From Candidatus Babelota bacterium (lineage in GTDB: Bacteria > Babelota > Babeliae > Babelales > UASB340), in assembly GCA_014730005.1 (NCBI GenBank), contig WJIY01000047.1, positions 1 to 61,952 of the forward strand: a DNA stretch of 61,952 nucleotides. The letters run 5' to 3'. Of this stretch, positions 28,646 through 39,391 are shown in pieces. Each line of letters opens with the position of its first letter. Position 1 is the first letter of the stretch. Both the position numbers and the translations under genes were made by a program. The notes below the pieces were generated by a model. That model worked only from the letters and a program-made list of their open reading frames with translations, had not been told where the DNA came from and made no database searches.

Positions 28646-29212
28646 AAATAAAATCCTTCACATTTTCTTTTGTGATAAAAATTCAAAAAGATAGCAACCC
28701 ACTTATCTACATTATTTATTGAAGTATCAATTTTAAAATCAACATTCAAAGATTTTGTATTTTCAAAAGATGTTTTTACAAAATGTTTTGCCCAAAAAGC
28801 TCTTTTTTCATCTCTTTTCAATCTTTTATTTCTCTGCTCATCTCTTGCTTAAAAGAATTTCTAAAGGAGCCGAAACAAGAACTTTTATAATTTCATTTTT
28901 TCCTTCAAGGTTTTTTTCCATTTTTTTCTCATAGATATTCGTATCTATGATCACATTTTTTCCATCTTTAAGAATCTGATTAGAAGATTCAATTAAATTT
29001 ATAATGGTTTCTTCACATTCATCTAAATCGATTCTTTTCCATTCCTCTTTTTCTTTATTTAAAACTTTTATTAATTCTTTGGCTAAAGTAGATTTACCAG
29101 CACAAGATGGTCCAATTAATAAAATAATATCAGAGCACATTATACTAAAAAACATTATTGAAAGCGTTATCAAAATAGTAAAAAATTTAGTAATTAATCT
29201 AAAATTAACCAT
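28633..29212 (-). pseudogene. P-loop kinase (chloramphenicol phosphotransferase/adenylate-kinase-like) split by a frameshift
   Basis: GPSCAGKST and NVIIDT in ORF 28838..29212; removing one base near 28848 gives APLEILLARDEQR and joins ORF 28633..28821 (DFKIDTS). Confidence 0.7.
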
Positions 29213-31064
29213 TAAGCTTCTCCCACTCTTCTAAATTCTGTGCAATTTTTTCTTCCAAATCTTTAATTTTTGAACAAGTTTTATAATAACTATTAGAACC
29301 ATATTCTACATTTTGCAGTTTTTCTGTTTCTTTTTCTAATTCTTTTTCTAGTTTATACATCTTACTTTCAATTTTTCCTATCCGTTTTCTTTGTTCATAA
29401 GAATTTTTATTATTGTGTTTAACAATAACTTCATCATTTTTTTTAGTTTTTGTACTTTCTTTTAACTCATTTGGTGCTTTTTGATAAAGATATGAATCAT
29501 AATTTCCGTCATAACTAAATGCACCATTTGGTGTTAAATCAATTACATTAGTTGCAAGTTTATTTAAAAAATTACGATCGTGAGAAACAAACAAAATTGT
29601 ACCTTTATATTGCTTTAAAACATCAAGCAAAATCTCTTTTGAATCAAGATCCAAGTGATTGGTTGGTTCGTCAAGAATTAAAAAATTAGCATCCTTAAGC
29701 AACACTTTTACCATTGCAACACGATTCTTTTCACCTCCACTTAAAACCCTTATTTTTTTATAAACATCATCACCAGTGAAAAGAAATGCACCTAAATAAT
29801 TTCTTACCTTTGCTCTTGCCTCACTTGTTGTACATGAATCTTCTATTTCTTGAAAAATGTCTTTTTTTAAATTTAAAGATCTATTTTGATCCTGCTCAAA
29901 ATAAGAAGGTATAACATTATATCCAAATTCAAAACTTCCAGATGTTGGCTTAAACTTTCTCATAATAATATTAAGAAGTGTTGTTTTACCAACACCATTT
30001 GGTGCAACAATTGCAACTTTTTCACCCCGCTCAATTTCAAAAGAAATATTTTTAAATATTTTTTTATCTCCAAAACTAATACTTAAATTTTTTGCACACA
30101 AAACAATTTTACCTGAACGAACAATTCTAGGTAGTTTTATTTTTATCGATTTTTGTTGATGTTCTAATTCAATTAAATCTATTTTTTCTAAAGATTTTAA
30201 AATACTTTGTGCCATCTTAGCCTTAGTAGCTTTAGCACGAAATCTTTCAGCAATTTCCCTTTTTCGTTTAATTTCTTTTTGCTGTTCCTGTTGTTTTTTT
30301 TCTAATAACTCCATTCTTCTTTCTTTTTTAACTCTATATGAAGAATAATTTCCCTTATACACATTCAAATTTCCCATAGATAATTCAAAAATTTCTTTGC
30401 ATAAATTGTCTAAAAAATATCTATCATGTGAAACCAAAATAAAACCAAATTTGGAATTTTTTAGAAAACTTAAAAACCAATCCCTTGCAAAAATATCAAG
30501 ATGATTTGTAGGTTCATCAAACAAATAAAAATCTGCTTTTTGTAACAACAATTTGGCTAAAACAAGTCTCATCTTCCAACCAACGCTAAGCTGACTAACT
30601 AATTTGTCTATTTGTTGTTCACCAAATCCCAAACCATATAAAACTTTTTTAATATCAACTAATTTTTCTTCATATAAATTTTCATTTAATTTATTTTGTA
30701 AATTTGAATAGTTTTCAATATCATCTATTGTCGCAGTTGAATTTTGAATTTTTTTTTCCAAGCTTTTAAATTTAAAATAAAAATCACCTAAATTATTAAA
30801 AACATTAAATGCTTCATGTAGTACAGTTTTTTCCGAAAGCAACACAACATCTTGTGGCATATAAGCAATTTTAAAATCTTTAGGAATATTCATTTTTCCT
30901 GAATCTAATTCTTGTTGTCCTGCAATAACTTTAAGTAATGTTGTTTTCCCTGAACCATTTCTACCAACTAAACCGATTTTTTGATTATCTTGAATATTAA
31001 AAGAAATATCATTGAAAATAACTTGTTCACTAAAAACAAGATTCAAATTTTGTGCATTTATCAT
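29205..31064 (-). CDS. ABC-F family ATPase (YheS/Uup-like)
   Basis: Two ABC cassettes (GRNGSGKT/LSVGW/DEPTNHLD; APNGVGKT/LSGGE/DEPTNHLD), no TM, C-terminal coiled coil. Confidence 0.95.
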   Translation of the reverse strand: MINAQNLNLVFSEQVIFNDISFNIQDNQKIGLVGRNGSGKTTLLKVIAGQQELDSGKMNIPKDFKIAYMPQDVVLLSEKTVLHEAFNVFNNLGDFYFKFKSLEKKIQNSTATIDDIENYSNLQNKLNENLYEEKLVDIKKVLYGLGFGEQQIDKLVSQLSVGWKMRLVLAKLLLQKADFYLFDEPTNHLDIFARDWFLSFLKNSKFGFILVSHDRYFLDNLCKEIFELSMGNLNVYKGNYSSYRVKKERRMELLEKKQQEQQKEIKRKREIAERFRAKATKAKMAQSILKSLEKIDLIELEHQQKSIKIKLPRIVRSGKIVLCAKNLSISFGDKKIFKNISFEIERGEKVAIVAPNGVGKTTLLNIIMRKFKPTSGSFEFGYNVIPSYFEQDQNRSLNLKKDIFQEIEDSCTTSEARAKVRNYLGAFLFTGDDVYKKIRVLSGGEKNRVAMVKVLLKDANFLILDEPTNHLDLDSKEILLDVLKQYKGTILFVSHDRNFLNKLATNVIDLTPNGAFSYDGNYDSYLYQKAPNELKESTKTKKNDEVIVKHNNKNSYEQRKRIGKIESKMYKLEKELEKETEKLQNVEYGSNSYYKTCSKIKDLEEKIAQNLEEWEKLNG

Positions 31065-32215
31065 ATCCCAAGCCCGCGTTTTTTTAAGCTCTTTTTTGAA
31101 ATAAAAAATCTTCTTTTCTGTTCAATTCCAATTTTTTGAATCAAATGATAAAAAAAATCTCTATCTGGCCCTTTAACAACAGCCTGTTCATGTGCTTCCG
31201 CTAAAGCAACTGGATATCCTTGTCCCTTTCTACTTTGATCAATTGCAATATTACAAATAAAATCTAAATTTTTTTTATCTTTTGCCATCCAAAAAGGAAA
31301 TTCCAATCTAGCAATTTCAAAACCCACATGCAAATAACAAAAACATGGTTTTAAATGCTCTGGATAATTTTTTGTAATTTTTGACGTACTAAAAAAAACT
31401 GTTGTTCGCTGATTTGGTTTTAAAAAAAATTTAACCACATGAGAATCCAGTAAATTATCAACCTGCTTACATGGAAATTGTGTAAAATTACTATGACATA
31501 AAATACAATCGGCAATTTCAAATCTGCATAAACCTAATCGTATTAAATTTACTAATTCACGACTTTTAGGAAAACTTATATAACCTGAAATCAAAATTTT
31601 ATTTTCATAAAACTTATTCAACCAAAATAAATAATTACTTAAAAAATACTTTTTTATCTCGTCTTGCTTTCCCTCTAAATTCCAAAATATGATACTACCA
31701 TCAACAAAACACATATCTGATTTATTAGTTAAACTTTTTTCAAATAAAGTTTTAAGTTCTAATTCTTCTCTTGTTAGATCTACCATTTCGGAAGTAAAAG
31801 GAATATTATCCATATTCAATAATAAATCTTGTGGTAAAAAAACTTTTGGAATCGAAAAAAAATCAACATTTCTATTTAATTCATTTTTTTTATACTCAAT
31901 AAAACAACCACCCAAATTAACTAAAAAACATCTAGCACCAGAAAAATGTCTATCTGGATAAATTTGAGAACCGTCAACAGAAAAAACAGAATAATCATGA
32001 ACATTATTTTTTATATCGAATGTATCAGTTAAATTACCTTGCCATAAAGGAATTAAAAATGAGCTTTTCGCATCTTTAGATTTTTGTGCAAAAAGCTCAT
32101 CTCTACAAATTTTAGACCAAGTATCTTTGGCAATATTATTTTGATTTTGTAAATCAGGAAATATTTTTGAAGTTAAATTTATTATCTGACGCGAAAGTTC
32201 ATGACGATTGAGCAT
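31061..32215 (-). CDS. nurA: NurA-family nuclease
   Basis: SVDGSQI, FVDGSII, GYIS.P.S, GYPVALAEAHEQAVV. Confidence 0.88.
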   Translation of the reverse strand: MLNRHELSRQIINLTSKIFPDLQNQNNIAKDTWSKICRDELFAQKSKDAKSSFLIPLWQGNLTDTFDIKNNVHDYSVFSVDGSQIYPDRHFSGARCFLVNLGGCFIEYKKNELNRNVDFFSIPKVFLPQDLLLNMDNIPFTSEMVDLTREELELKTLFEKSLTNKSDMCFVDGSIIFWNLEGKQDEIKKYFLSNYLFWLNKFYENKILISGYISFPKSRELVNLIRLGLCRFEIADCILCHSNFTQFPCKQVDNLLDSHVVKFFLKPNQRTTVFFSTSKITKNYPEHLKPCFCYLHVGFEIARLEFPFWMAKDKKNLDFICNIAIDQSRKGQGYPVALAEAHEQAVVKGPDRDFFYHLIQKIGIEQKRRFFISKKSLKKRGLGI

Positions 32216-32879
32216 AAGTTTTTAATTTTTTTCTACCAACTTTTGTGTATTTAATACCCTTCTTGTATACCTTATACTCTAAAAATAAAATAAAATAAAT
32301 TAAAATAGAAAAAGCATCGTTTACTGTTATTTGAACAGGTAAATTTAGAGCAAGTGATGCAAGCATTTCAAACGAATAACTCAACAACGACAAAAGTATA
32401 AAACTAGCACTTATCCCCTTCAAGCTTTTATTTAAAAAACCATCAAACATTGGTATAACATTTCTAAAAGTATTAAACGAAACAAAAATCCATCCAATTA
32501 AAGGATTTTTAAAGTTCATAAATCCTATAGCAAAAACAATAAAACTTAATATCAAAAATATATTAAATAAATAAAAGGAATATAGTTTTCTTCTACGCGC
32601 TGCGCTTTTATAGTAAAGCAATCTTTGTAAAACTAATACACAAGTTAAAAATAAATAAATTGAATTCATTAATTTATAAGCCAAAGGTAAATTACAAAAA
32701 AATGCATAAAACACATAAAACGCCTGAAAACTAATAGAAGCAGCTAAAAATGAATCACTCAAACCTTTATTCTTTTTGCGTTTATAATTTAAAATTATTT
32801 GCGGAACAAGGCTTAATGAAAAAAATGTATAAATTAGCCAAATTATAGAGTTGGCTAAAAACTCTGAAATAATCAACAT
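32199..32879 (-). CDS. PQ-loop 7-TM transporter paralog 5 (second PQ motif lost)
   Basis: LVPQIILNYKRK..KGLS; homologous to the four upstream paralogs. Confidence 0.8.
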   Translation of the reverse strand: MLIISEFLANSIIWLIYTFFSLSLVPQIILNYKRKKNKGLSDSFLAASISFQAFYVFYAFFCNLPLAYKLMNSIYLFLTCVLVLQRLLYYKSAARRRKLYSFYLFNIFLILSFIVFAIGFMNFKNPLIGWIFVSFNTFRNVIPMFDGFLNKSLKGISASFILLSLLSYSFEMLASLALNLPVQITVNDAFSILIYFILFLEYKVYKKGIKYTKVGRKKLKTYAQSS

Positions 32880-33147
32880 AATCTTACCCTTTTGTTAAAA
32901 TTCAACAAAATGGACACAAATTTTTATTTACTTACAAGCAATTACTATTAGGCTTGAAAATGGTTAAAAACCATTAATTTGATACTTTTTGATGTATAAA
33001 AATGAATTTATTTTAAAAAATAAAGATTTAATAATCTTTATTACAAAAATGTCAAAATTTATTAATAATAATATACCAAATCAAATTTTATAACTTAAAT
33101 AAAAGAAAAAAAAGCTACTTATTTACCTCAAAATGGGTAAAAATCTT

Positions 33148-33181
33148 CGATATAATAATTTTTTCAAATATTATTATATCG
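33148..33181. terminator. 12-bp inverted repeat after PQ-loop paralog 4
   Basis: cgatataataat / attattatatcg. Confidence 0.45.
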
Positions 33182-33227
33182 CTAATTACATTCTGTAACT
33201 ATTAAACATTTATTTTATAAATGATGA

Positions 33228-33893
33228 TTATTCAGACTCATTTTTATTTTCATTTATGACACATAACTTTTTTAGCGAAGGATTATATAAAAAAAATTGA
33301 ATTAAAAAAATTGAAAAAATAAAAATGTTTTTTAAATCATTAGCAATAACTTGAAATGGAAGGTTTAAAAATATTGCAGCAATCATTTCAAAACAATAAC
33401 CAAAAATATTTAAAAAAATAAAACCACAACTAAAATCATGTACATTTTTTTTTATATATATTTTAAAAATTTGTGGTAATTTTTTTAAAAAACCTGTTCC
33501 TATTGGAATCCATCCTAAAAAATTTATAATTAATTTATATTCTAAAAATGAAATAAAAAATAATAATAAAATTATCATGACAACGAAAAAATATTGTCTG
33601 CAAATCTTCTTTCGCATATAAAAATCCGAATAATAAAAACGTTGAATGATAAGCAAGAATAATGGCGCTGTATAAATAGGATTCATCACTTTATATACCA
33701 AAGGCAAACTAGCTCGAAAAGAATAGGCAATATAAGAACATTGCCCCAGAAAACTTCCCAAAATATAATAATCAGCAATTCCTGTTGCTGTTTTTAATTT
33801 ATAATTCAATATAATTTGAGGTAAAAAACTAAAAACAAAAATAATATTAATAATCCAAATTACTAAACCTGCAATAAAATTATAATCTATCAT
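33228..33893 (-). CDS. PQ-loop 7-TM transporter paralog 4
   Basis: FLPQIILNYK and KLPQIFKIY. Confidence 0.85.
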   Translation of the reverse strand: MIDYNFIAGLVIWIINIIFVFSFLPQIILNYKLKTATGIADYYILGSFLGQCSYIAYSFRASLPLVYKVMNPIYTAPLFLLIIQRFYYSDFYMRKKICRQYFFVVMIILLLFFISFLEYKLIINFLGWIPIGTGFLKKLPQIFKIYIKKNVHDFSCGFIFLNIFGYCFEMIAAIFLNLPFQVIANDLKNIFIFSIFLIQFFLYNPSLKKLCVINENKNESE

Positions 33894-33906
33894 TATAAAT
33901 TCGCAT

Positions 33907-34521
33907 TTAATATTTATATGACCAAAATTCTAAACAATAAATAATATAAATTATTATTCCACGTACAGATATAAAAAATGTTTGCAGCGGTAAGTCAAAA
34001 AGTATAGCAACTATAAACTCAAATAAATTTCCTAACCCAATTAAAGTAACTAAAAAAAAACTAAATCCTTGAACTGACTTATTTTTATAAATTTTATAAA
34101 TTTGTGGAAATTGATATAAAGACCAAATTAAAATTAAAACCCAACCTGCAAGATGTCCAATTTTTATAGGGAAAAAAAATATGAATGGTACAAATATTAA
34201 TAAAATTAATAAATCAGTTATATATAATTTTAATACTTTTATATTTATTAAAAGATTTGAATACAAAACCTTCTGTAAAATAATAAAAATTACAGCGAAC
34301 AAACACAGAGGGGCAAAAATTTTATAAGCAAAAGGAAAGTTTAAACCAAACACATAAAAAACATTCAAAAAATAAGCACTAAAATAACCAATAAGATATA
34401 AATCACTCAATCCATTCGCAGATTTAATTTTATAATTAAGAAATATTTGTGGTAATAACGCTCCAAAAAATAAAACTTTTGTAATCCAAGGAATAATATT
34501 ATGTATAAAATCAATACTCAT
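33907..34521 (-). CDS. PQ-loop 7-TM transporter paralog 3
   Basis: LLPQIFLNYK and QFPQIYKIY; start moved to the RBS-preceded ATG. Confidence 0.85.
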   Translation of the reverse strand: MSIDFIHNIIPWITKVLFFGALLPQIFLNYKIKSANGLSDLYLIGYFSAYFLNVFYVFGLNFPFAYKIFAPLCLFAVIFIILQKVLYSNLLINIKVLKLYITDLLILLIFVPFIFFFPIKIGHLAGWVLILIWSLYQFPQIYKIYKNKSVQGFSFFLVTLIGLGNLFEFIVAILFDLPLQTFFISVRGIIIYIIYCLEFWSYKY

Positions 34522-34548
34522 AAACCTTTTTCTCCCTAATATCATTTT

Positions 34549-35163
34549 TTATGTTTTATATAACCAGAATTGATAACAATAAATAAGATAAAATAATATC
34601 CCCCGCATTGCTATAAAATATGTTTGTGTCGGTAATCCATAAAGTATTGCACTTGTTAATTCAACAACATTTGCAATTCCAATAATTGATAAAAAAAGAA
34701 AACTTATTCCTATTACAGATTTACTCGCATAAATTTTATAAATTTGAGGAAATTGATATAAGGTCCAAAAAAAAACTAACAACCACCCTGATAAATGACC
34801 TATTTTATCTGGCAGTAAAATGACAAGTGGAATAAAAATTAAAAAAAAGAAAAATGCTACATAATATAATTTCACTGTTCTTAGATCTCTTAAAATATTA
34901 TTATAAAAAAATTTTTGAATGATCATTATTAAAACAGCAAGAACACAAAGCGGAGAAAGCACTTTATATGCAAATGGAAAATTCAATCCATAAATATAAA
35001 AAACATTAACTGAATAAGCGCTAAAAAACATAATTAAAAAAAGATCGCTCAAACTTGCTACGGATTTAATTTTATAATTAAGAATGATTTGAGGCAACAA
35101 TGCAACTAAAAATAAAAACTCAGAAATCCAAGGAATAAACACTTTTATAGTATTTAACATCAT
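34549..35163 (-). CDS. PQ-loop 7-TM transporter paralog 2
   Basis: LLPQIILNYK and QFPQIYKIY; RBS gagggg. Confidence 0.85.
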   Translation of the reverse strand: MMLNTIKVFIPWISEFLFLVALLPQIILNYKIKSVASLSDLFLIMFFSAYSVNVFYIYGLNFPFAYKVLSPLCVLAVLIMIIQKFFYNNILRDLRTVKLYYVAFFFFLIFIPLVILLPDKIGHLSGWLLVFFWTLYQFPQIYKIYASKSVIGISFLFLSIIGIANVVELTSAILYGLPTQTYFIAMRGILFYLIYCYQFWLYKT

Positions 35164-35260
35164 AACGCTCCCCCTCAAAGACTATCTATATAAATCACCT
35201 TTAATTTAAGTTTTTTATTTGATTAAAACAAGAAATTTGAAAATTTCAATAAAAATTAAA

Positions 35261-35905
35261 TTATTTAAACAATGTATGCTGGCTTTCCTTATATCGCCAA
35301 AATTGAAAAGAAAAAATAAGATAAATCAAAATACCACGAAAATCATTTAATAATGTTGGAACAGGCAACTTTAAAATTATTGCAACAATTAGTTCTATCA
35401 TATCTCCAAAAGCCACTAATGATACCAAAGAAAAGCTAAACCCATGAACCGATTTATCTAAAAAAACTTTGACTACCTGAGGGATTTGATAAGTTGCCCA
35501 AACTAGCATCATTGTCCAACCAAAAAAATATCCAAAACTTAACCTATCTCTGAATGCAATAGGCATCAAAAATATAGCTATAGCTAGATTAAAGACATAA
35601 AAAGCCAAAAAATATTTATCTTTTCTTTGTGTATAATTAGCATAAAAAAAGCGTTGAAATGCTATTATTAACATAAAAAATGTTGCTAAAGGAACCATAA
35701 CCTTATAAGCCAACGGCAAGCCTAAAAGATATGAATAATATACATATGAAATATATCCATTTAGATATCCAATAATTAGAAAATCACTCAACCCTCTCGT
35801 GGATTTTAATTTATAGTTAACCCAAATTTGAGGCAATAATGCAACACAAAAAAGAATATGGGAAACCCATACAATGCTTTTAGCAAAAAAAGCACAATTT
35901 ATCAT
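35261..35905 (-). CDS. PQ-loop 7-TM transporter paralog 1
   Basis: LLPQIWVNYK..STRGLS and QIPQVVKVF..KSVHGFS. Confidence 0.87.
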   Translation of the reverse strand: MINCAFFAKSIVWVSHILFCVALLPQIWVNYKLKSTRGLSDFLIIGYLNGYISYVYYSYLLGLPLAYKVMVPLATFFMLIIAFQRFFYANYTQRKDKYFLAFYVFNLAIAIFLMPIAFRDRLSFGYFFGWTMMLVWATYQIPQVVKVFLDKSVHGFSFSLVSLVAFGDMIELIVAIILKLPVPTLLNDFRGILIYLIFSFQFWRYKESQHTLFK

Positions 35906-35941
35906 AAAATCCTAAGAATTTTAATTACCAAAATTCAAATA

Positions 35942-37465
35942 TTATTTGGTATAATTCATTATAAAATCAACAAATAAGCGTACGCCTGCACCTGTTGAAC
36001 CCTTTCCAAAATAACTTATTCCAGGAACAGAATCAGCCGTGCCTGCAATATCAAGATGTGCCCATTTAGCATTTTGAACAAAATTGCTTAAAAACCATGC
36101 TGCTGTAATAGTTCCAGCTTTATAATTTGGAGCCCCACAATTTGCAATATCAGCAACATCTGATTTAATCGCATCTTTAAAATCATTATCCATAGGCAAA
36201 GGCCAAACTCGATCTCCGCTAACCAAACTAATTGCTTGCAATTTTGTACCCACAATTTCATCTCGTGTCATAAGCCCAGTGAAAAAATGTCCTAAGGCAA
36301 AAAGACAAGCCCCTGTAAGTGTTGCTATATCTAAAATCACTTCAGGTTTATAAAATTTTTCTGCATAACAAAGAGCATCAGCCAAAATTAATCTACCTTC
36401 AGCGTCGGTATTTTTAATTTCTGCCGTTTTTCCATTCATAAAAGTAATTATATCGTCTTGCTTGCAAGCTTTGCCGCTCGGCATATTTTCAACTAAAGGA
36501 GTAATTCCTACAACATTAATTTTTGGTTGTAATTGTGCTATAGCATTCATTGTTGCAATAACGGTAGCGGCTCCAGACATGTCAAATTTCATACCTTCCA
36601 TATATGCAGAAGGTTTTAAGCTAATTCCACCAGAATCAAATGTTACACCTTTACCAACTAATGCTATGGTTGGAGCATCTTTCTTTTCACACGAATATTC
36701 AAGAACTACAAATTTACCTTCTTCATCAGATCCAGAATCTACAGCTAAAAAACCACCCATTCCATATTCTGCTGCTTTTTCGCGACCAAAAACCTTATAT
36801 TGCAAGCCATATTGAACAGCAATCTTTTTTGCTTGCTCAGCCAATGAAGCAGGAGTTAAATAATTTGCAGGTAGATCAGAAAAATCTCGTGCTAAATTTG
36901 TTGATTGACCAATGATTTTTCCTTCTTTTAAGCTTTGCGCATAAACTTGTTCATCCTCCTTTTTCACGCAAAGAATTAACTCACCCTTCCATTGAGATAA
37001 AGTTTTATCACTTTTATATTTTTCAAATTCATAATCAGCAATATAAGAAATCAAAACAATTTGTCTTACAAGACGAGGCTTAACAAGGCCAAAAATTTTT
37101 TCATCCGGAATATTTATCACAGCATTTTTAATATCAAGTTTTTTTAAAATATTAACAGCACTGCCAATTGCTCTTCTAAGATTTTCAAGTTCAATATTCC
37201 ATTTATCTTGCAATTTGCCCATTCCAATAAAAACAAATTGAATCAATGAATTATCTCTTGTTGCTGTTAATACAAAGGACTGACCAAATTTTCCAGTGAA
37301 TTTATGTTTTTTTAAAATATTTCTAAGATTTGGATAAAAATCTTTCTCAATCTTTTTTAATTCATCATTATTACCAATTGATTGTAGATCTTCTTTTAAT
37401 AAAAAAATATATCCTTCAACTTCATTTTCCCAAAATTTTTTATCAGTCAATGATACGTTAATCAT
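35942..37465 (-). CDS. pepA: Leucyl aminopeptidase (M17)
   Basis: VGKGVTFDSGG, MKFDMSG, NTDAEGRL, ATLTGA, WAHLDIAG. Confidence 0.96.
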   Translation of the reverse strand: MINVSLTDKKFWENEVEGYIFLLKEDLQSIGNNDELKKIEKDFYPNLRNILKKHKFTGKFGQSFVLTATRDNSLIQFVFIGMGKLQDKWNIELENLRRAIGSAVNILKKLDIKNAVINIPDEKIFGLVKPRLVRQIVLISYIADYEFEKYKSDKTLSQWKGELILCVKKEDEQVYAQSLKEGKIIGQSTNLARDFSDLPANYLTPASLAEQAKKIAVQYGLQYKVFGREKAAEYGMGGFLAVDSGSDEEGKFVVLEYSCEKKDAPTIALVGKGVTFDSGGISLKPSAYMEGMKFDMSGAATVIATMNAIAQLQPKINVVGITPLVENMPSGKACKQDDIITFMNGKTAEIKNTDAEGRLILADALCYAEKFYKPEVILDIATLTGACLFALGHFFTGLMTRDEIVGTKLQAISLVSGDRVWPLPMDNDFKDAIKSDVADIANCGAPNYKAGTITAAWFLSNFVQNAKWAHLDIAGTADSVPGISYFGKGSTGAGVRLFVDFIMNYTK

Positions 37466-37504
37466 TTAATCCCTTTAATTAAAATCAGTTTATAAATTAA
37501 ATCT

Positions 37505-37939
37505 TTAAGACTTTGATCTAGTCATACCAACAAATTTATTTTTATATTCAATTAAACCCTGTTTTAACGCCTCAAGACACAAAAGAACACAACGTAATCT
37601 GATGGGTCCCAAATTCAAACCAACAAGCTTTAGCATATCATCTTTATCCAGGTCTAAAATTTCATCAACACTTTTGTTCAAACATTTCTCCGTTAACATT
37701 GAAGCCGCAGCCATACTTATAACACAACCAGAACCATCAAAGCCAATTTGCGTAACACGCAAAATTCCATTTTCGTCTTCTTCAATTTTTCCTTCTATAG
37801 AAATTTTATCACCACATGAAGGATTAAATTGTCCACTATAAAAATCAGGATCTTCAATTTTATACTTATTTCGTGGATATTTAAAATGATCCATTAATTC
37901 TTCTTGATAAATTTTTTTATCACTCATTGTTTTAATCAC
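37505..37939 (-). CDS. sufU: SufU/IscU-like sulfur transfer/scaffold protein
   Basis: NPSCGD, GSGCVIS, RLRCVLL; coupled to sufS. Confidence 0.88.
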   Translation of the reverse strand: MIKTMSDKKIYQEELMDHFKYPRNKYKIEDPDFYSGQFNPSCGDKISIEGKIEEDENGILRVTQIGFDGSGCVISMAAASMLTEKCLNKSVDEILDLDKDDMLKLVGLNLGPIRLRCVLLCLEALKQGLIEYKNKFVGMTRSKS

Positions 37940-39195
37940 TTTTTAAAAAAATTTATAACTTTTTCTAAGCTTTCTAAAAAAATATCAACATCTCGCATCG
38001 TATTATATAAATAAAAACTAACTCTTACACTTGAATCAATACCCAAAAGTTCTGTTAATGGTTGAGCACAATGATTCCCGCTTCTTACAGAAATTCCATC
38101 TTTACTTAAAAATGCACTAACATCATGTGCATGAATACCATCAACTACAAAACATACAAGATGACCTTCCGTTTTTAAACGTTCAATATTACCTATAATT
38201 TTAACTTCTTTTATTTTTTGCAAACCATCAATCAAATAACTGCATAATTTTGCTTCATGAATTTTTAATTGACCAAAATCAATGTATTGATTCAAATAAT
38301 CAATAGCTTTTCCCAATCCTATTGCCTGCGCAATTGGAGGTGTTCCAGCCTCATATTTATTAGGGGCTTTTCGCCAAGATGCACTATTCCAAGCAACAAA
38401 ACTAACCATAGAACCACCAACTCGATATGGTTCAACAACCTCATGCATCTCTTTTTTAATAAATAAAACCCCAATACCAGTTGGACCAATCATCTTGTGA
38501 CCAGAAAATGCAATAAAATCTACATCTAAATCTTTTACATCAATTTTTTTCCTAGAAATAGTCTGAGCACAATCCAGCAAAACTTTAGCTCCAACTTTAT
38601 GTGCTTTTTCAATTAGTTTTTTTAACTGTTGTTCTTGCTTATCCCAAATGTCTCCCAAAACATTTGAGCTATGAATAATTGCAACTAATTTTGTATTTTC
38701 ATTTATTAAATCGCTTGTGTCAGGATCAAAATTATTAAAAGAAAAAGTATCCAAATTTAAGTCTATAAATTTTATTTTTGAATCTTTTTTTTGAGCCAAT
38801 CTCAACCATGGTAAAAAATTAGCATGATGTTCTGCTTGCGTTATAACAATTTCATTATCTTTTTTTAAGTTTTCTGCTAACCAAGCATCAGCAACAAAAT
38901 TTATACTTTCTGTTGTCCCTGAAGTAAAAATAACTTCCTGTGTGTCTGCATTAATAAATTTTGCAATTTTTGCACGAGCGTCTTCATACAAAGTTGTAAC
39001 TTCTTCCCCTAAGTCATGAATCGAGCGATAAACATTTGCATTATATCGCTCATAAAAATTTTTAATAAAATCTATTACAAATTTTGGTTTTTGTGTTGTT
39101 GCAGCATTATCAAGATAAATAAATCTATACAAATCAGATTTTTTATGTAAAATCGGAAAATCTTTTTTTAATTTTTCTGCATCAAAATTTTTCAT
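37936..39195 (-). CDS. sufS: Cysteine desulfurase SufS
   Basis: YLDNAATTQKP, FSGHKM.GPTG, EAGTP, RSGNHCA. Confidence 0.95.
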   Translation of the reverse strand: MKNFDAEKLKKDFPILHKKSDLYRFIYLDNAATTQKPKFVIDFIKNFYERYNANVYRSIHDLGEEVTTLYEDARAKIAKFINADTQEVIFTSGTTESINFVADAWLAENLKKDNEIVITQAEHHANFLPWLRLAQKKDSKIKFIDLNLDTFSFNNFDPDTSDLINENTKLVAIIHSSNVLGDIWDKQEQQLKKLIEKAHKVGAKVLLDCAQTISRKKIDVKDLDVDFIAFSGHKMIGPTGIGVLFIKKEMHEVVEPYRVGGSMVSFVAWNSASWRKAPNKYEAGTPPIAQAIGLGKAIDYLNQYIDFGQLKIHEAKLCSYLIDGLQKIKEVKIIGNIERLKTEGHLVCFVVDGIHAHDVSAFLSKDGISVRSGNHCAQPLTELLGIDSSVRVSFYLYNTMRDVDIFLESLEKVINFFKK

Positions 39196-39391
39196 TTAAA
39201 TTCCAAATTAATTTAAAAACATCTCAATCATTCCTGTTTTATACTTTACAATGAAGCTATCAATAGCACAAATTTCATTGTCTTTTAAAAAACAACTACA
39301 TTTTTTTAAAAAAATCTGTAATACTTGCGCCTAAAAAATAATTCTATTTCAAATATATTTATTAACCATTTTTTACCTCGAGGAAAATATT

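Noticed and set aside
28838-28840. TGA inside the kinase as possible stop-codon recoding or selenocysteine
   Set aside because: The continuation is in a different frame, a TAA follows in the original frame, and TGA ends other genes normally
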